Positions 36,252 through 50,118 of a DNA stretch of 64,000 nucleotides are shown here, one piece after another. The notes under the pieces were generated by a model. The model was not told the origin of the DNA and did not search any database. It saw only the letters and a list, made by a program, of their open reading frames with translations. Position 1 is the first letter of the stretch. Each line of letters begins with the position of its first letter. Origin of the DNA: Malacoraja senta (Eukaryota); NCBI GenBank assembly GCA_038087875.1, contig CM075988.1, positions 23,438,001-23,502,000 of the forward strand, written 5' to 3'. Position numbers and translations under genes: made by a program.

Positions 36252-36409
36252 CTGAAAAAGTCGGGGTGAAAATGTCAAATTCGAAAACTGAGATGAAGTC
36301 ATTACAGGTCAGATCAATAGTAGATTTTAAGGCCATGGCCTCAAGACCCGAGGTGATTGGATGGACATCATGCAAGGCCTGTCGAAAAACCTTCCAGTGA
36401 ATGATGGTC
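36252..36409 (-). CDS. CBL: CBL coding exon (exon 4 equivalent; EF-hand), with an apparent +1 C insertion and a GC donor
   Basis: [48 protein letters not shown][+C]RLFQ. Acceptor ttctAG, donor CAG|GCaagt. Length is 158 bp; 157 is needed to keep frame with the flanking exons. Confidence 0.93.
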
Positions 36410-39342
36410 CTAGAATAGGGAGAAGACAGTCAGCATACAAATTGTTAAATACAACAGCATATAACATAGTAGCTTTTAGACCATTTTAGACAAGCATGAC
36501 TTCATTCTTATGTTTACCATTGTAAAATTCGATAATTCTAACAGTCCTCTTTAGAGGCATTATCAATCTACTTTATGGTTAGCTTGGCAAACGATATTAA
36601 AAGTGCTTTATATTATTCATAAAGGTGCAGGTGATATTGTAATTATAGTTCTTAAATCTTCCAGGGATTACTCAGATTATAAAGCCATTAAATTATAAAT
36701 CGAAAATGCACTTGCTAATAACATCTTCAGTAGAGACCAAGAAAACAAAATCCCTAAAAAGGGAATTTGAGGGCAGTAAAATGTATCATATTAACTTGTC
36801 TCAAATTATATTCCACCCTCTGCAAGCAGGTCATACATTTTTTAGCATTCATGTGTACTACTTGCTGATCTCCTTTTTCTCCCTAAAAGTAAAACCCTGA
36901 CAAACATTGTACATTTTTTTACTGAGTTTTACTGAAAAATCTGAATTTGTTGCACAAGAAAATTATTGATCAAAATAGACCTAAATTCCAGCCTGCAATA
37001 GAATTTGCCATAACATCTAAAATACAAATGAATACAGATTAGGGAGAAGTACAAAGTTTCACTTTCAAATAACAGTCCTATGTTAAATTAATCGCTACAG
37101 GGTAATAACGGAAAAATTACAAACTGAACTTGGCACTTCCAGATTAAGAATAGAAAATTGTCATCGATTTACAGTTCCGACTGACTCACATCTAATGATG
37201 TCTGCTGGAAAAGCACATAGATCTCCAGCTGGATCAACTCAGATAGTCTCCATAGGCAGCTGACAGTCATTGACACATAAATTACACCCGAGAAAAATAG
37301 TAGGATATAACCAAAAGACAAAAACATTTGCTTTAACGATGGGAAAAAAGGCAGTAATACTTCAAGTGAAGCCTGACCTAAACTAGAAATGAAATCAAAT
37401 AAGATGACATGTACGCCAATTAATTTGCTGAAGTTGACACTGTACATTATGGATTATCGCTGATACGCACAAGAGGTGAGAGGTATGAAACTGGTGCACG
37501 GTGCAACTTGGCTGCTGAGATGAAACCAGATAGCACAAAATTGTTCAAATCAACAGATCTGGCAAAAATTTAAATTGTTAATGCTTCAAACATGCCTAGC
37601 ACTACAAGTAATATCAAGTACATCTGCTGTACACAAATTAACAAAGACTTTTATAAATAAACATAGCAATGACAGGTGTGCTTTCTGAATTTTTACTTTC
37701 CTTCCCTATTCTACCCAAAAACTTCACATCTGTGCAACATTTCTCACTGCGTGTTGTTGATCTTATCATGAAACATTTGAACTTATCAGTCTGCATAGCA
37801 AGCAACATTACCACTGGTATGCTGATAAATGAACATTCTGTAGCCTTGCAAATTCATGACCATTTTATCTGGAATTCAAGCATTCAGTCAATAATCATAG
37901 TACAGCCGGGTGACACATGGCTTGTCAAGTACACACAGCTTCATGACTACTACAATATCAAAAACAGTTAAAGTAATGATATTCTATATAAATGAGATAA
38001 TAGTATAACTAGTCTTCTCTGCAGCTTTTCTCATGGTCAACAAAAGCACCCATCTTCAACATCTCTTCAGTCTGCTAGGCGAGTGATACCACACAAGTAT
38101 GGTTCCAGTCTTGTCCTTGCAGTAATTGCCAGAAACTCTTTGGAATGGAATGCTTTGGCCTTGCAAGAATATAGATCCAAAATCAATATTGAATATGTCA
38201 CCTAAGATACAGTCTTTAAAACAAGACAAAGAAAACAGCAACTATCTGGCCTCTATATTCTTTACTTTGATGTGAAGGCTTCCAAGTTAGGTCAACAGGC
38301 TGCTCTTTCAGATCTGGTCCAACTGGTTGCACTTCTCCCAGGGCCTGTTGTCAAGTTATGGTGTTTTCACTCTGCAGTGATCTCCTTCATAAATTCCACT
38401 CTCTAGCCACCAACTCCGGCTAATTCGCTGGTAACCATCTGAACATGTTTGAAACTTGAACGTCTCTTTGATGCTGATGATATCCAGATGTGTCCAACCT
38501 CCGGTTTCTCAACATCTGCTTCAATTACATGTTACTTTGGGGATCTTCCCAAGATGTCATATCCTCTTCTATTTGGACCTTCTATAATCAGGGATGTGCT
38601 GAATTTTGAGTCATCGCCATCTTCTGCTGTCAGTCCAATATGGCCTCAAACTTTATTGTCTCTCCTCAACAGTGACAAGTTATATTTGGCACATCTGTTC
38701 TGGTGCATTGTTGGTCATCTTTTGGTTGCATTTCAATAGCCTTCCTACACTTAAAAAAAAAAGTCTGGTTCTAGCAGCCTTCTTGTTACTCATTTACTTA
38801 TGTATTCATTGGAATGGAGATGTTTAATATTCTAGTATGATCAAATGCAGATCTGACTGATAATTTAACAAATTGAACAGTTGCATAGCCACTTTCATAC
38901 CATTAACTGGTGCAAAATAAGGTATTGTTGCTTGACAAATCTTACAAAATTACCCATTATGAATTGTGGCCCGTTATCTGTGATCACCACATCTGTCAAA
39001 CTGTCCTTTAAACCTGCAAATGAGCTTTTGTGAATCTACACTGAAAAATAATCCAATCATCAGATGCATTGTCCCATTCAGAATAAATCAGACGGACCCG
39101 ACTATTGCGCAGAAGTGAAGCATTTCATTTGATTGGTTCCTTTTCTGCATACGGTCCCTAATCTCCTCACTCAGCCTGGTAGCACACATCTTTTCTCTCA
39201 TTCTGTGGAGGAAGGCATTCACTCCTTGATACGAGTTACCAATTTTGCCGTCATTCCTTCATAGATTTGAAATAATTATCCTTTCAACTCCCAAGACAAG
39301 TCACTTTGAGTGTCCAGTTCATCGCACGTGAAAGTAAATAAA

Positions 39343-39492
39343 TTGGATAGTTATATGGACGGGAAAGGAATGGAGGGTTATGGTCTGAGCGCAGGTATAT
39401 GGGACTAGGGGAGAATACGTGTTCGGCACGGACTAGAAGGGTCGAGATGGCCTGTTTCCGTGCTGTAATTGTTATATGGTTATATGGTTATA
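39343..39492 (+). mobile_element. Very short CR1-type 3' end with a (TTATATGG)n tail
   Basis: gaagggtcgagatggcctgtttccgtgctgtaattg followed by ttatatgg repeats. Confidence 0.65.
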
Positions 39493-39650
39493 AGTATGGT
39501 GCAGGATTGGCTCCAATATCACTGTGTCTTATTCCACCATGTAAATCACCTGCTTTAGCCTTTGCGTCATGTCATTTGTTCTGTGGCCTCCTTAATCTCC
39601 TCCATCAATGGCTAAAAGATTGGTTTGCCTTTCACCACATTGATCTACCT

Positions 39651-40483
39651 GGGGCGCCGTTGAGTATGGCTGCCCTGCCAGCAGCTGTTAGTCTTTTCAC
39701 CCTTTTTTATTTTTAGTTAGTTAAAAGTGTTTGTTTTGGAGGTCTTTTAGTCTTTTTATGTGGGGGGTGGGGAAGGGGGGAAGGGGGGAAGGGGGAAACT
39801 ATTTTCTCAGTACCTACCTGGTCGGAGTTGCGGCTTTTCTCCGAGCCGTATCTTCGCCCCTTCCTCGCGGCCTACGGGCAGACTGGAGCGGCGTTTTCCT
39901 GCCGGGACCAGCCAGGACTTCAGCTTCGGCGGCGGCACAGCGCTGAAGCACCATCGCGGAGCGGGCGATGCCTTACCCGGGTCGCCGTGCAGTAAGCTCC
40001 GGAGTGCTGTGACCGCCGGCTCCAACATCGCGGAGCTGCGGTCTGTGGAGCTTCCAGCCGCGGGCGGCGCTGAACCCTAAACACCGCAGAGCCTGGGATC
40101 TCACGACGAGGTCGCCAGGGTCGGAGCTCCGACCAGCGCGGCTCGTGGACTTCGGGGGCCGTGGTCCCCTGGGAGGTAGCGGCCGCTCCAGACACTCCGG
40201 GCCGCCGAGAGTGTTCACCCGACGCCAGAATTTCATCATCCGGCGAGAAGGCCTGAAGCATCGGGCTGCCGTATCGGCGGCTGCAGAGGCCTCAATAGGC
40301 CCCGACTATGGGTGAACTGGGGATGGGACTGGACTTTGCTGCCTTCCCCCACAGTGGGAAGATGTTTTTATGTTTATTGTTAAATTCTTTAATGTTATCT
40401 TTATTTGTGTGCTGCATGGCAAGTCAAATTTCACTACACCAATTGGTGTACGTGACAATAAATGTCCTTTGTCCTTGTCCTTT
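39651..40483 (+). mobile_element. GC/CpG-rich non-autonomous retroelement with a Rex1/L2-like tail
   Basis: Abrupt GC-rich start ggggcgccgttgagtatggctgcc. Ends tttcactacaccaattggtgtacgtgacaataaa plus tgtcct(t) repeats. No recognisable ORF. Confidence 0.6.
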
Positions 40484-42759
40484 GGTGGTTATATTTTCCA
40501 TATTCTGCCATCTATATCAACTTCATACAAAGCTTTTTTTTCCATATTACCCAGTCTGTATTTCTCACTTGGCTTTAGATATCTCTATACGTATACAACC
40601 TTTCTAAAGTAACACCCTCTCATGTGGTAGCTGCTCCTTCAGGTTAGATGCTGGATTCCACAAATAATCTAATTTCTCATGGAAATACTTTCTGCCATCA
40701 AAATTGCAATTATTTGCTCCACTGCTGAACTATTTACACAAAGGAACTTGAAATGCTCTACCATCTCCACTTCAGCACCATTGATGATGAATGAGGAATG
40801 TACTCTACACCTCGTTTTCTAAAGTCACTGACTAGCTCCTTCATTTTGCTGACTTTTTGCTGAGGTTGTTTTTGTCTATGTTGCTAAACTCTCTACTCAG
40901 TCTCATCATTGTTCGAGATCTGGTCCACTACATGGTATCATCTTGCAACTTAAATGGAGTTGGAGTTGGAGCTGAATTCGGCCACACACTCATGAGCATA
41001 CTGGGGGTATAGCAACTGGCTAAGAACACATCCTTTCAGGGCACCAGTGTTAAGAATTATTGCGGAGCATTGTTTTTCCTTTTCCTCACCAACCATAGTT
41101 TATGGGTCAGAATGTTAAAGACCTAGTGCTGACTCCTAGGTCCAAATGTCAGTACCCTGATTAAACATCAAAGAAAATAAGTTTCAGCAAATGCAGTTTA
41201 TTATAGAAAAAAATATTATTCTCCAGAGTGTCAAACTGTTTGGCATCTTCTCACTATTAGAACTTCATAAACAAACAATGCCATTGTCTGTCACTGTAAA
41301 GTTCTACTTCATAAATAAAGGACTCAAAATGAAGCCTCAAGCTGCTGGAGTGATATATTGTGTAAGGGTAGCGAGTGGGAGCATGGATAGTCTGATGGAT
41401 AAATGAATGCTTTGTGCTCTTAAATCCAGGAAGCAGCTTGTGCAATCTATTTAACAATTACTTCCAAACACTTCTAAAAAGGTACAGTAATTACATTTTC
41501 TGTTTTTTAGGATGGTGACAGATTTCAATAGTAATAACTTTTACCAATTGGTGTAATTACTATCTACAAGCTCTTCACCATTTACATCAGAGGATATGGG
41601 CTGCACAGTGACATTGCTAATATTCCAGCAACCCAACTTTTTTCTTGAACATGGTCTTGTGAAAGTCTTTCATCCCAATCATTGTTTATCATTGCCTTGA
41701 ACACAGCATTTAAATATAATGAGGTTAAGATTGCAGTAAACATGCGGAAGGATAATACTGTGAAGGTAGTCCAGTAGTCTTCCAGAGCTAGATACACCCA
41801 TGACTTTTAAGATGGCATCCATCTTTCTAATGCCTTGAATGTACCTGGATAGCAGAAAGATACAATATTGGGCTTGGATAAACTCGAGCAAGGAAAACAT
41901 TGAATGGCAGTGTGGAGCGATTCTGATTTTGGTGCAACTGAAAAACGATGGTTAGCCTAGTTGTATAATGGCTGCTGAAGCCTGATAGCAGTGAAGTGTG
42001 TACTCAAAACAAGCTAGGTAAAATGTGATATGGATGCTTGCATGAAAAGAGGGGGATCGACATGAGCACATAGTTTGCAACGGGAGAAGAGTGTAGAAAG
42101 ATATAAAGTGTTTTACGAGGAGACTGAAAAAGTGAAAGGGCTAAGACAGAAAAGGCAGAATGTATTGGCATTGGGGGCATTGGCACAAACTAAAACATGA
42201 CAAAGAGCAGAAGTGTATAAAGTATATTTAGAGATTGAGAGAAAAGAGGATGATGTTGAAATATGAAATTTGGTTGTTTGAATAATACCCCAGTTTAATT
42301 GGAGAATGGACTACTACAGGAATCTCTAAAATTAAGCATGCCCAGGCCATCTCAGAATCTCTAGAGCCGAAAAAACAGGGAGCAAGGCCAAAGTACAGAT
42401 GGTTATCATTGGGTTGCAACAGAGAGAGCAAGAATGAAATCTTTGGGGAAATAACTAGGATAAAAGTAGAGCAAAAACAAAGGGAAATCAACCTAAAATT
42501 ATACAAGGAAATCAAAAAATAGAGTCACCAGTGTTCAAATAAATATTGGCAGTTACAGCACCGTGCAACAGCAACCTGTCTGCTTAGACTATTCCTTTTA
42601 TATAATTTATATGACACTGTATTCATCACGTAAATAATAAGCAATAATGATGAATTGATTACAGCAAAACAGGGGGGGGGGGGAGGGGTGAAAAAGTCCC
42701 CCCCAAAAAACACCACACCGAAAATCATGCCAAAATTAGGAGCAAATTAAGTGACTTAC

Positions 42760-42906
42760 TTTTCTCCATAAGCTTTCCTCCAGAAATCTGCCGCATCTGC
42801 TTTTGTGATCCTGAAAGTATCTCCCATGAATACGCCATTTTGGAATATAGCTTTTAGCTCTGCCAACATGTGACTGAATATCAATGACAGCTTGGTCAAA
42901 TGTCGT
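42760..42906 (-). CDS. CBL: CBL coding exon (human exon 3 equivalent; TKB four-helix bundle/EF-hand region)
   Basis: Manual translation gives (R)[49 protein letters not shown]. Acceptor ttgcAG, donor GTaagt, 147 bp, phase 2/2. Confidence 0.96.
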
Positions 42907-43946
42907 CTGCAAAGAGAATAAATATCTCTAGATAATGATGTTCATAACAATTTTTTCTCATTAGGAATTCAAAACAGATAATATGACAAACTGTTGTTCA
43001 TATATAAACAAGTTAACATTAGATCTTCCTTTTCACAATTTTCCTTCAGACAACAGTATAAATTTCTTATAAACTTATTAAGCAATTACATTTGATTATT
43101 CATTTCACACCGTGTCTCCAAACTTGTTGTCATCGTATATGCAGGAATCACAAACAGTTGGCAAAATCATATCTTAGTCAATTTTAACCTTCCTAAAATT
43201 GGGTGCTGAAGCTATTTTTAGCATCCCTGTAAACAACCCCACAGTTCAATCCCCACCTCCCCCAAGTTAGCAAACTCATCACATGCTGAATGTGTGTGTA
43301 GGATAGAACTGCAAATGCTGGTTTAAACCTGTCTACAAGCTGAACGTGTATTGTGCTAGGGAACTTCCTTCACTATTCTGGGCCAACTCTAGTTTGAGGC
43401 TGGTCGTTAACAGGAAAGAGGTAATGACAGGCTTTAAGAAACAAAGAGAAGAGAGGAAGTAAAGCATTGTCTGCCCACAAAGCAGTTGTACGTGCAGTTA
43501 ATGAATGCAACCACTGTGGCTAATGAGAGGCAGGTACTAAGTTTCACGTTATTAATTTTGAATGGTGACAAATAATTTAAGTGACCATTTGAATGTGTTT
43601 CGATTTTCAACACATTTAGTACTTTTTTGATTTGCAAATCTCTTCCTCTTTTCTCAACATGCCCCAATAACACTGAAAGTAACACATTCAGTTGTTTGGT
43701 GTTAGATCACCGATTCTCAAGAATTTAACACACATTCTCAAGAATTTAACACCCCTAAGACCGGCCCTCCAACGCTGATGAGTTTTCTGTTCAATTATTC
43801 AAAAAAGTCTATAGTCTTCAGTTTCTCTTTTTTTTTTAAATATAAAGAAACATGGTTCCTCTATATATTTGTCCGAATCATTTGTAAATTTTATAAGTTT
43901 TGTACATTGCAGAATTGATGAAAAGCAAAAGACAGTGGATACACTA

Positions 43947-44930
43947 AAACCCCTGTCCCACGGTACGAGTTCATTCCAAGAGTTCTCCCGAGTTTGCCCT
44001 GATTCGAACTCGGAGATGTATGGTAATGGCCACTCGTCGGTACTCGGGGCTCTCGTGGACATTTTTCATCATGTTGAAAAATCTTCACGAGTCTTCCATT
44101 GAAACATAGAAAATAGGTGCAGGAGTAGGCCATTCGGCCCTTCGAGCCTGCACCGCCATTCGATATGATCATGGCTGATCAACCAACTCAGTATCCCATC
44201 CCTGCCTTCTCTCCATACTCCATGATCCCTTTAGCCACAAGGGCCACATCTAACTCCTTCTTAAATATAGCCAATGAACTGGCCTCAACTACTTTCTGTG
44301 GCAGAGAATTCCACAGATTCACCACTCTGTGTAAAAAATGATTTTCTCATCTCGGTCCTAAAAGACTTCCCTCTTATCCTTAAACTGTGACCCCTAGTTC
44401 TGGACTTCCCCAACATCGGGAATAATCTTCCTGCATCTAGCCTGTCCAACCCCTTAAGAATTTTTGTAAGTTTCTATAAGATCCCCCCTCAATCTTCTAA
44501 ATTCTAGCGTGTACAAGCCGAGTCTATCCAGTCTTTCTTCATACGAAAGTCCTGCCATCCCAGGAATCAGTCTGGTGAACCTTCTCTGTACTCCCTCTAT
44601 GGCAAGAATGTCTTTCCTCAGATTAGGAGACGAAAACTGTACGCAATACTCCAGGTGTGGTCTCACCAAGACCCTGTACAACTGCAGTAGAACCTCCCTG
44701 CTCTTATACTCAAATCCTTTTGCTATGAATGCTAACATACCATTTGCTTTCTTCACTGCCTGCTGCACCTGCCATTAGCGAGTCTTCCCGAGTACTTGCC
44801 GTTAGCGCTAAGAGACGTCCCCGAGCTCCGACATACCCGCTACATTCATTCTCCGTGCTTACCACGAGTTCAATTTTTTTTTAACTCGGGAGAGCTCTTG
44901 GAATGAACTCGCACCGTGGGACAGGAGATT
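43947..44930. mobile_element. Harbinger-like MITE (about 310 bp) split by a CR1 insertion
   Basis: TIRs of about 43 bp (cctgtcccacggtRcgagttcattccaagagYtctcccgagtt) at about 43952-43994 and 44883-44925, with internal CGAG repeats. The CCTGTCCCAC terminus is shared with the 24-25.5 kb element. Confidence 0.8.
44101..44771 (-). mobile_element. 5'-truncated CR1 inserted in the MITE
   Basis: ORF 44454-44768 (QQAVKKANGMLAFIAKG...) and a CR1 3' UTR with a gaaacatagaaa tail. Confidence 0.93.
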
Positions 44931-47900
44931 GGATACTTGGAGAGACCTTTAGTGCATCAGGTCAACATGAAGTTAACATTTTCTCTATAAAATGTCTTAT
45001 TTGTTGAGGATTTCTGGCAAATTCCTTTTCTTCAATGCAGACTTAGTGTTTTGATTTTGAGCTTTATCCATGTACCATAAATCACATTAAATTCATAGTT
45101 ATAGCAATAGTTCAATACAATGAGATCTTCACTACAATTCTTAATTTAAGAAACTGAATTTTTAACAAAATAAACATAATATACCAAGTTTGTATGACAT
45201 ATTGGGAAGTTGCATTTTGGAACAGAAAATAAACATTTCAAGCTCACTGAACAATCACAATCTATTCTCAATTTGCATAATGCAAATAAATTTCAGTTTG
45301 ACACTGACATGCAGCATTGTTATAAAATGAGCCCTCAAAGAACCAACAGTGCATATTCAAGAAACTGACAAAAGCCAAACAATCCACAGTCCTGTCACAT
45401 ATCACTGGGAATGACTTGCAATGCTTTCTTCATATGATCATAGCACAAATAGAAGAGTCAGAAGCAAGGCTTTAGATCACAGGATACTGAACAGAATGCT
45501 ATTTGGGTTTTTTTAAACATGCTGCTCAGTAGCATTTCTAACTTCTGTAAGTATACTGGTTATCTCCTTACAAGTCATTTCACCTCTTACAAGATTAATC
45601 AGGAGACTTCCATTTTGAGGCAACAGGATGATATTGTGCTATTATATTCTTTTGTTTGCACATAAGCTATTTCCGGCTATATACAAAAACAATGGTATTC
45701 TCAGAAGAATGGTTAAGAACGGGTAATTTCAATGTCAATCAGGCCTAGTGACTGCACTGCTATGAATGAATGTTTGCTTTTATTCATATATCAATTACGT
45801 TTAAGAAAGCCCAAAGAGCAGTTGAGTGACAGCTTGTATTAACTGTCCATCCACCAATGTGTGCACTTCAACAGCTAGGACCGGTATTTTTTTGGAAGGA
45901 CTTTGCTCAGTTTTGATTTAAAAATATGGGTTTCCTCAAGAGATGACATTTAACTCAGCTGTAAATAAAAAGCAAAAATCTACAGATACTGGAAATCTAT
46001 TGAAGGATCATCAACCTGAAACATTTATTGTTTCTCTTTTTAATTATGCTTTAATTCAGAGTTTTCACTTTCAACATCCACTAAACTGTGGTAATGAAGC
46101 CATCAATCCAACATTATTTTTAAATATTGTCTTAATAAAAACTTGAACTACGGGGACATTTATGCTGTAACAATTTAGAAGTGTTTCATGTAGATTTTTA
46201 AAAAACCCTCAAAAATGCACTCTTGAATGGTCTCTTCAATGACCATCACTAGGATTAGCTCTGTAGCTCTATCACAGAGATCTGGTCATGCAGTTAAATA
46301 AATACAAATTATACATGGCTAATCTTTTAATACCATATTGGGCCTGCTGCATTTTGACCACACACCAACATCGTATAAATGTAATTGAATTCATCGTCAC
46401 CAAATACTATTTCCCAAGAGGCTATGGAACTGACACAATGACATGTATTCCCACAAGCTTTAAGTTATTGCTAGATTCAGTTTCCAACCACTGTCCAGAT
46501 TATTTGAACTATTCTATCAAAAAGAGAAGAAACTTGCCTCCAATCTCTATCATATGCATCATACAATTTCTAATAGCATACTCATAAAAGAATCCCTCCA
46601 TTCATTTGTCCGTGATCCAGCATTGAAAAATTCTCCTTAGTCCTTCCAAAAAAAGAAAACTTTATGTTGGTATTGACCTAGTGATCAACCTACTTACTGA
46701 ATATTGTATTATCTGTAATAAGCAATCTAATTTCAATAAGTAAAACAACATTCATTACTCTCAGTCAGCACAATGCAGAGTGTTTGCTGAAAATCTGAGT
46801 CCACATTGCTCTTAATCTGCAGACATATCCATATAAAATAAAAGTTGTTACAGATCAGTTCCACGTTCAGGTCTAGATCTGTGCTATATGATTTGATCTC
46901 AACTGTGATAGCAGCAAAGAACAACAATTGGCTTTTGTGCTCCTTAATTCTCTGTGACACCTACACATAGCATGACTTTGTTTTTACTTGTTTAAACATA
47001 GCTGAAGGCATTTAGGGTTGTGTGCCAAAACAGTTAGTGTATAGTATGATCAGAAATACACTTTTTTAGCTGAACTACCTTTAGTGATTTATTTCATAAG
47101 GGAACAGCACTACATATTGGGAATTTTACCACATAACATATAACGTTCTAGAAAAACCATCTCAGTTTTAGAAAGAGAGCAGTATTATTCAAAGTACAAA
47201 AAGCTGTATTTTTTTTTAATCCAGCTCATTTAACCCATTCTCAGTCTTTTTTCATTAGCCCCAATGCTCAATAGAGCTCAGCACACATTGAATAATCTGG
47301 AAATCTGCAGGATAATAAAATCACATTTAATTTTCAAATACAGAAAACAAACTTGTCATGCACAAGCTAACTACACTAACCATACAAGCTAACCAGAGTG
47401 TAAAAAAGATGCAGAAAGTAGAATAGAAAAATATGCCTGGTTCAACGAGTGAGGAGCACTATTTCTAAATAGCAGATGCATCCCTAAATCCCCAAGAGAG
47501 CTTCAGAAGTATTACAAAATAAAGCACAAAAGTGATGTTTACAGCTGTTTTACGATTAAAAACATGTGCACAGCAAGAGCTGGAGAGAACTCAGTACCCA
47601 AAGTCCATAAGTTTGTCACATCTTAATGTTAAAATGCACAATATGTATACCACATGCTTTTTATTCCATTTGTTATGTTCCAAGGGAATTGTAAATCAGG
47701 AATCTGAAGCCAAAAGACAACATTAAACCAATCACAATGATGTCTTTTCATTACATGGAACTAAAGTAACTGACGTTGACAGAAAACAGCTTCCCCCTGC
47801 AATATTTACATATTCGCTCTCCTTCACAATTTCCTTCCTTGTCAAAACTAGAACTCCAGCTAGATATTTTTTTTCAATTATTCTCCAGACACAGACGTAG

Positions 47901-49274
47901 CTGCCAATGTTAGTTCTTCATGTTCATCTCCAGTTGACTTGTTAGATAACGTACATTAGTTTGGAATTAGTTACATATATGCCAAACCAAAAGGATCTTA
48001 GTGAAACAGTTAGGAGGTCTCTAGACATTGTACTACAAGTTAGGATTACTAGTCCTGTAACATAACCACAAATCATCCAGCACCATCAGCATACCCTATC
48101 TTCACTACCCCAGCCATACACACCATTCTGATTTGCCCTCCCATGCTCAAGTCTTTGGCCATCACTTACTGTTTACACAACTTCTGCTATAATACTATCA
48201 ATAATAACGCTGCTGCCGAAAAGCCAGTTTGACAGAATCAATTTTCCCCTGAAAATTATGCAGCGTCCATCCAAAGTGTTTTCGATCTCCCACATGTAAT
48301 GTAGAAATTTTGGTTTCCCTTTTTCTTTGAGGGATGTGTTTAATCTGAGCTCAATTTAAAGGGGCCTCACTGGACCATTATAATCAAATTTGATCTCATT
48401 TTCACTAAATTATCAGTAATACATGTGCAGAAGAGCAGCAATTTAAGGAAATGAAGATTTTCCTCTTTTTAAAATATTTGTAAATGTATACATCACCTTC
48501 AGTAAACCATTTTTATTATTTCCTTAAATATAACACCAAATTATTTGTCTAAATTGTGATCAAAATATAATTCACCCGAGCATTTTCACCTAAAATAGAG
48601 GTTTCAGCACTCAGCACCTCATCAGAAAGGCAAAAATAAATTTGCTTTCTGCAGCATTCTTTGGTAAACATTATTTCGAAAGGATTCCCACTACATCTTT
48701 GCATCATTTAAGGTTAGAAACACTTCAATATTAGTTTATGTCACTAGAACCTGCTCACTAGAGTCGTAAACTTAAATTATTAAAATTATGGCTGATTTAT
48801 TGTCTTCAACTAAAAATTGTTCCAAAAGAATAACACAGTTGTGCATAATCGTTCACAATCTGAGAAATTCCAAATTAATTACTTTTGGACTGTAACCATA
48901 ATTTCAATATAGAAAAAATCAACAGCCAATTAAAAAAAAAAAGCCATATAAACCAGAGGTAAATGATCAAAGATGATATATTAATATCGGCTGCAGGTTT
49001 TCATGAAAATTTACTTGATTCCCTTTTAATATAATGGACAAGAATTTGATTACAATACATCTCACAATGGAGTCATCTTTTGACCATCAAACTAGATCAG
49101 GTATTTGAAACCGGAATGAGATGGTACTTAACTCTCAGACTGCTGCGATTGGTGCCATCATATATTTGGAAAATGCCGCAGTTTTTGCAGGGGAAAAAAA
49201 ATCCACAAAATCTCTTTTACTGATCATCTATCTCCAATATTACAAACATATGGTTCTGGAATTCAAGTAACTGG

Positions 49275-49762
49275 AAGAAATGTTATCAAACGTTATGCCA
49301 GGTTTCAAGTGCCTGAGCTATTGGGAGAAGTTCAGCAGGCTAGGACTCTATTACTTGAGCACGGGGATGAGGGGTGATCTTATAGAGGTGTACAAAATCA
49401 TGGGAGAAACAGATTGGGTAAATGCACAGAATCTCTTGCCCAGAGTGGGGGAATTGAGAACCAGAGGACAAAGGTTTATGGTGGGGGGGGGGGGGGGGGG
49501 GAAGAGGGGAAAAGGAAGATGTAATAGAAATCTGAGGGGTAACTTTCTTCGCACAACGGGTGGTGGGTGTATGGAACAAGCTGCCGAGGAGTAGTTGAAG
49601 CAGGTACTATTGCAAGGTTTAAGAAACATTTAGACAGGTACATGGATAAGATATGTTTAGAGGGATGTAGGCCAAACGCGGTCAGGTGGGACGTGTAGAT
49701 GGGACTTGTTGGTCGGTTTGGGCAAGTTGGGCCAAAGGGTCTGTTTGCACTGTATGACTATA
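49275..49762 (+). mobile_element. Old CR1 3' fragment
   Basis: MPGFKCLSYWEKFSRLGLY...MRGDLIEVYKIM followed by a CR1-like 3' UTR. Confidence 0.8.
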
Positions 49763-50044
49763 TTCAAAATTAAAACAATTGAGAACTCACTTATTATTCC
49801 CACTATTAAAACTGCAATTTAAATACAATTTTGAAACACAAAATAACTGATTTTGAAAATGCAACAGATATCTAACGTAGGCTAAAAGGCTAAAAAAAAT
49901 AGATACTCAATCCATACAGTATTTCACATATTTTAAAGTTAACACCACTGATTTTTTTTCCAATCAACACATCATATTATCCTCTGTAGTCTTACATAGG
50001 GTAAAAATCTTTATCAATACTATCTTACATTGTTAGCCAAGAAA

Positions 50045-50118
50045 GATAGCCTTGGCTATCCCTCAGTACAGCAACGTCAAGAACGATGTCGCTGTACTGA
50101 GGGATAGCCAAGTCTATC
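50045..50118. repeat. 34-bp inverted repeat with a 6-nt loop
   Basis: gatagccttggctatccctcagtacagcaacgtc-aagaac-gatgtcgctgtactgagggatagccaagtctatc; 3 mismatches between arms. Confidence 0.9.

Noticed and set aside
39731..40261. Overlapping GC-rich ORFs on both strands (also 50220-50609)
   Set aside because: Stop-codon scarcity follows from high GC; there are no domain motifs or splice context.
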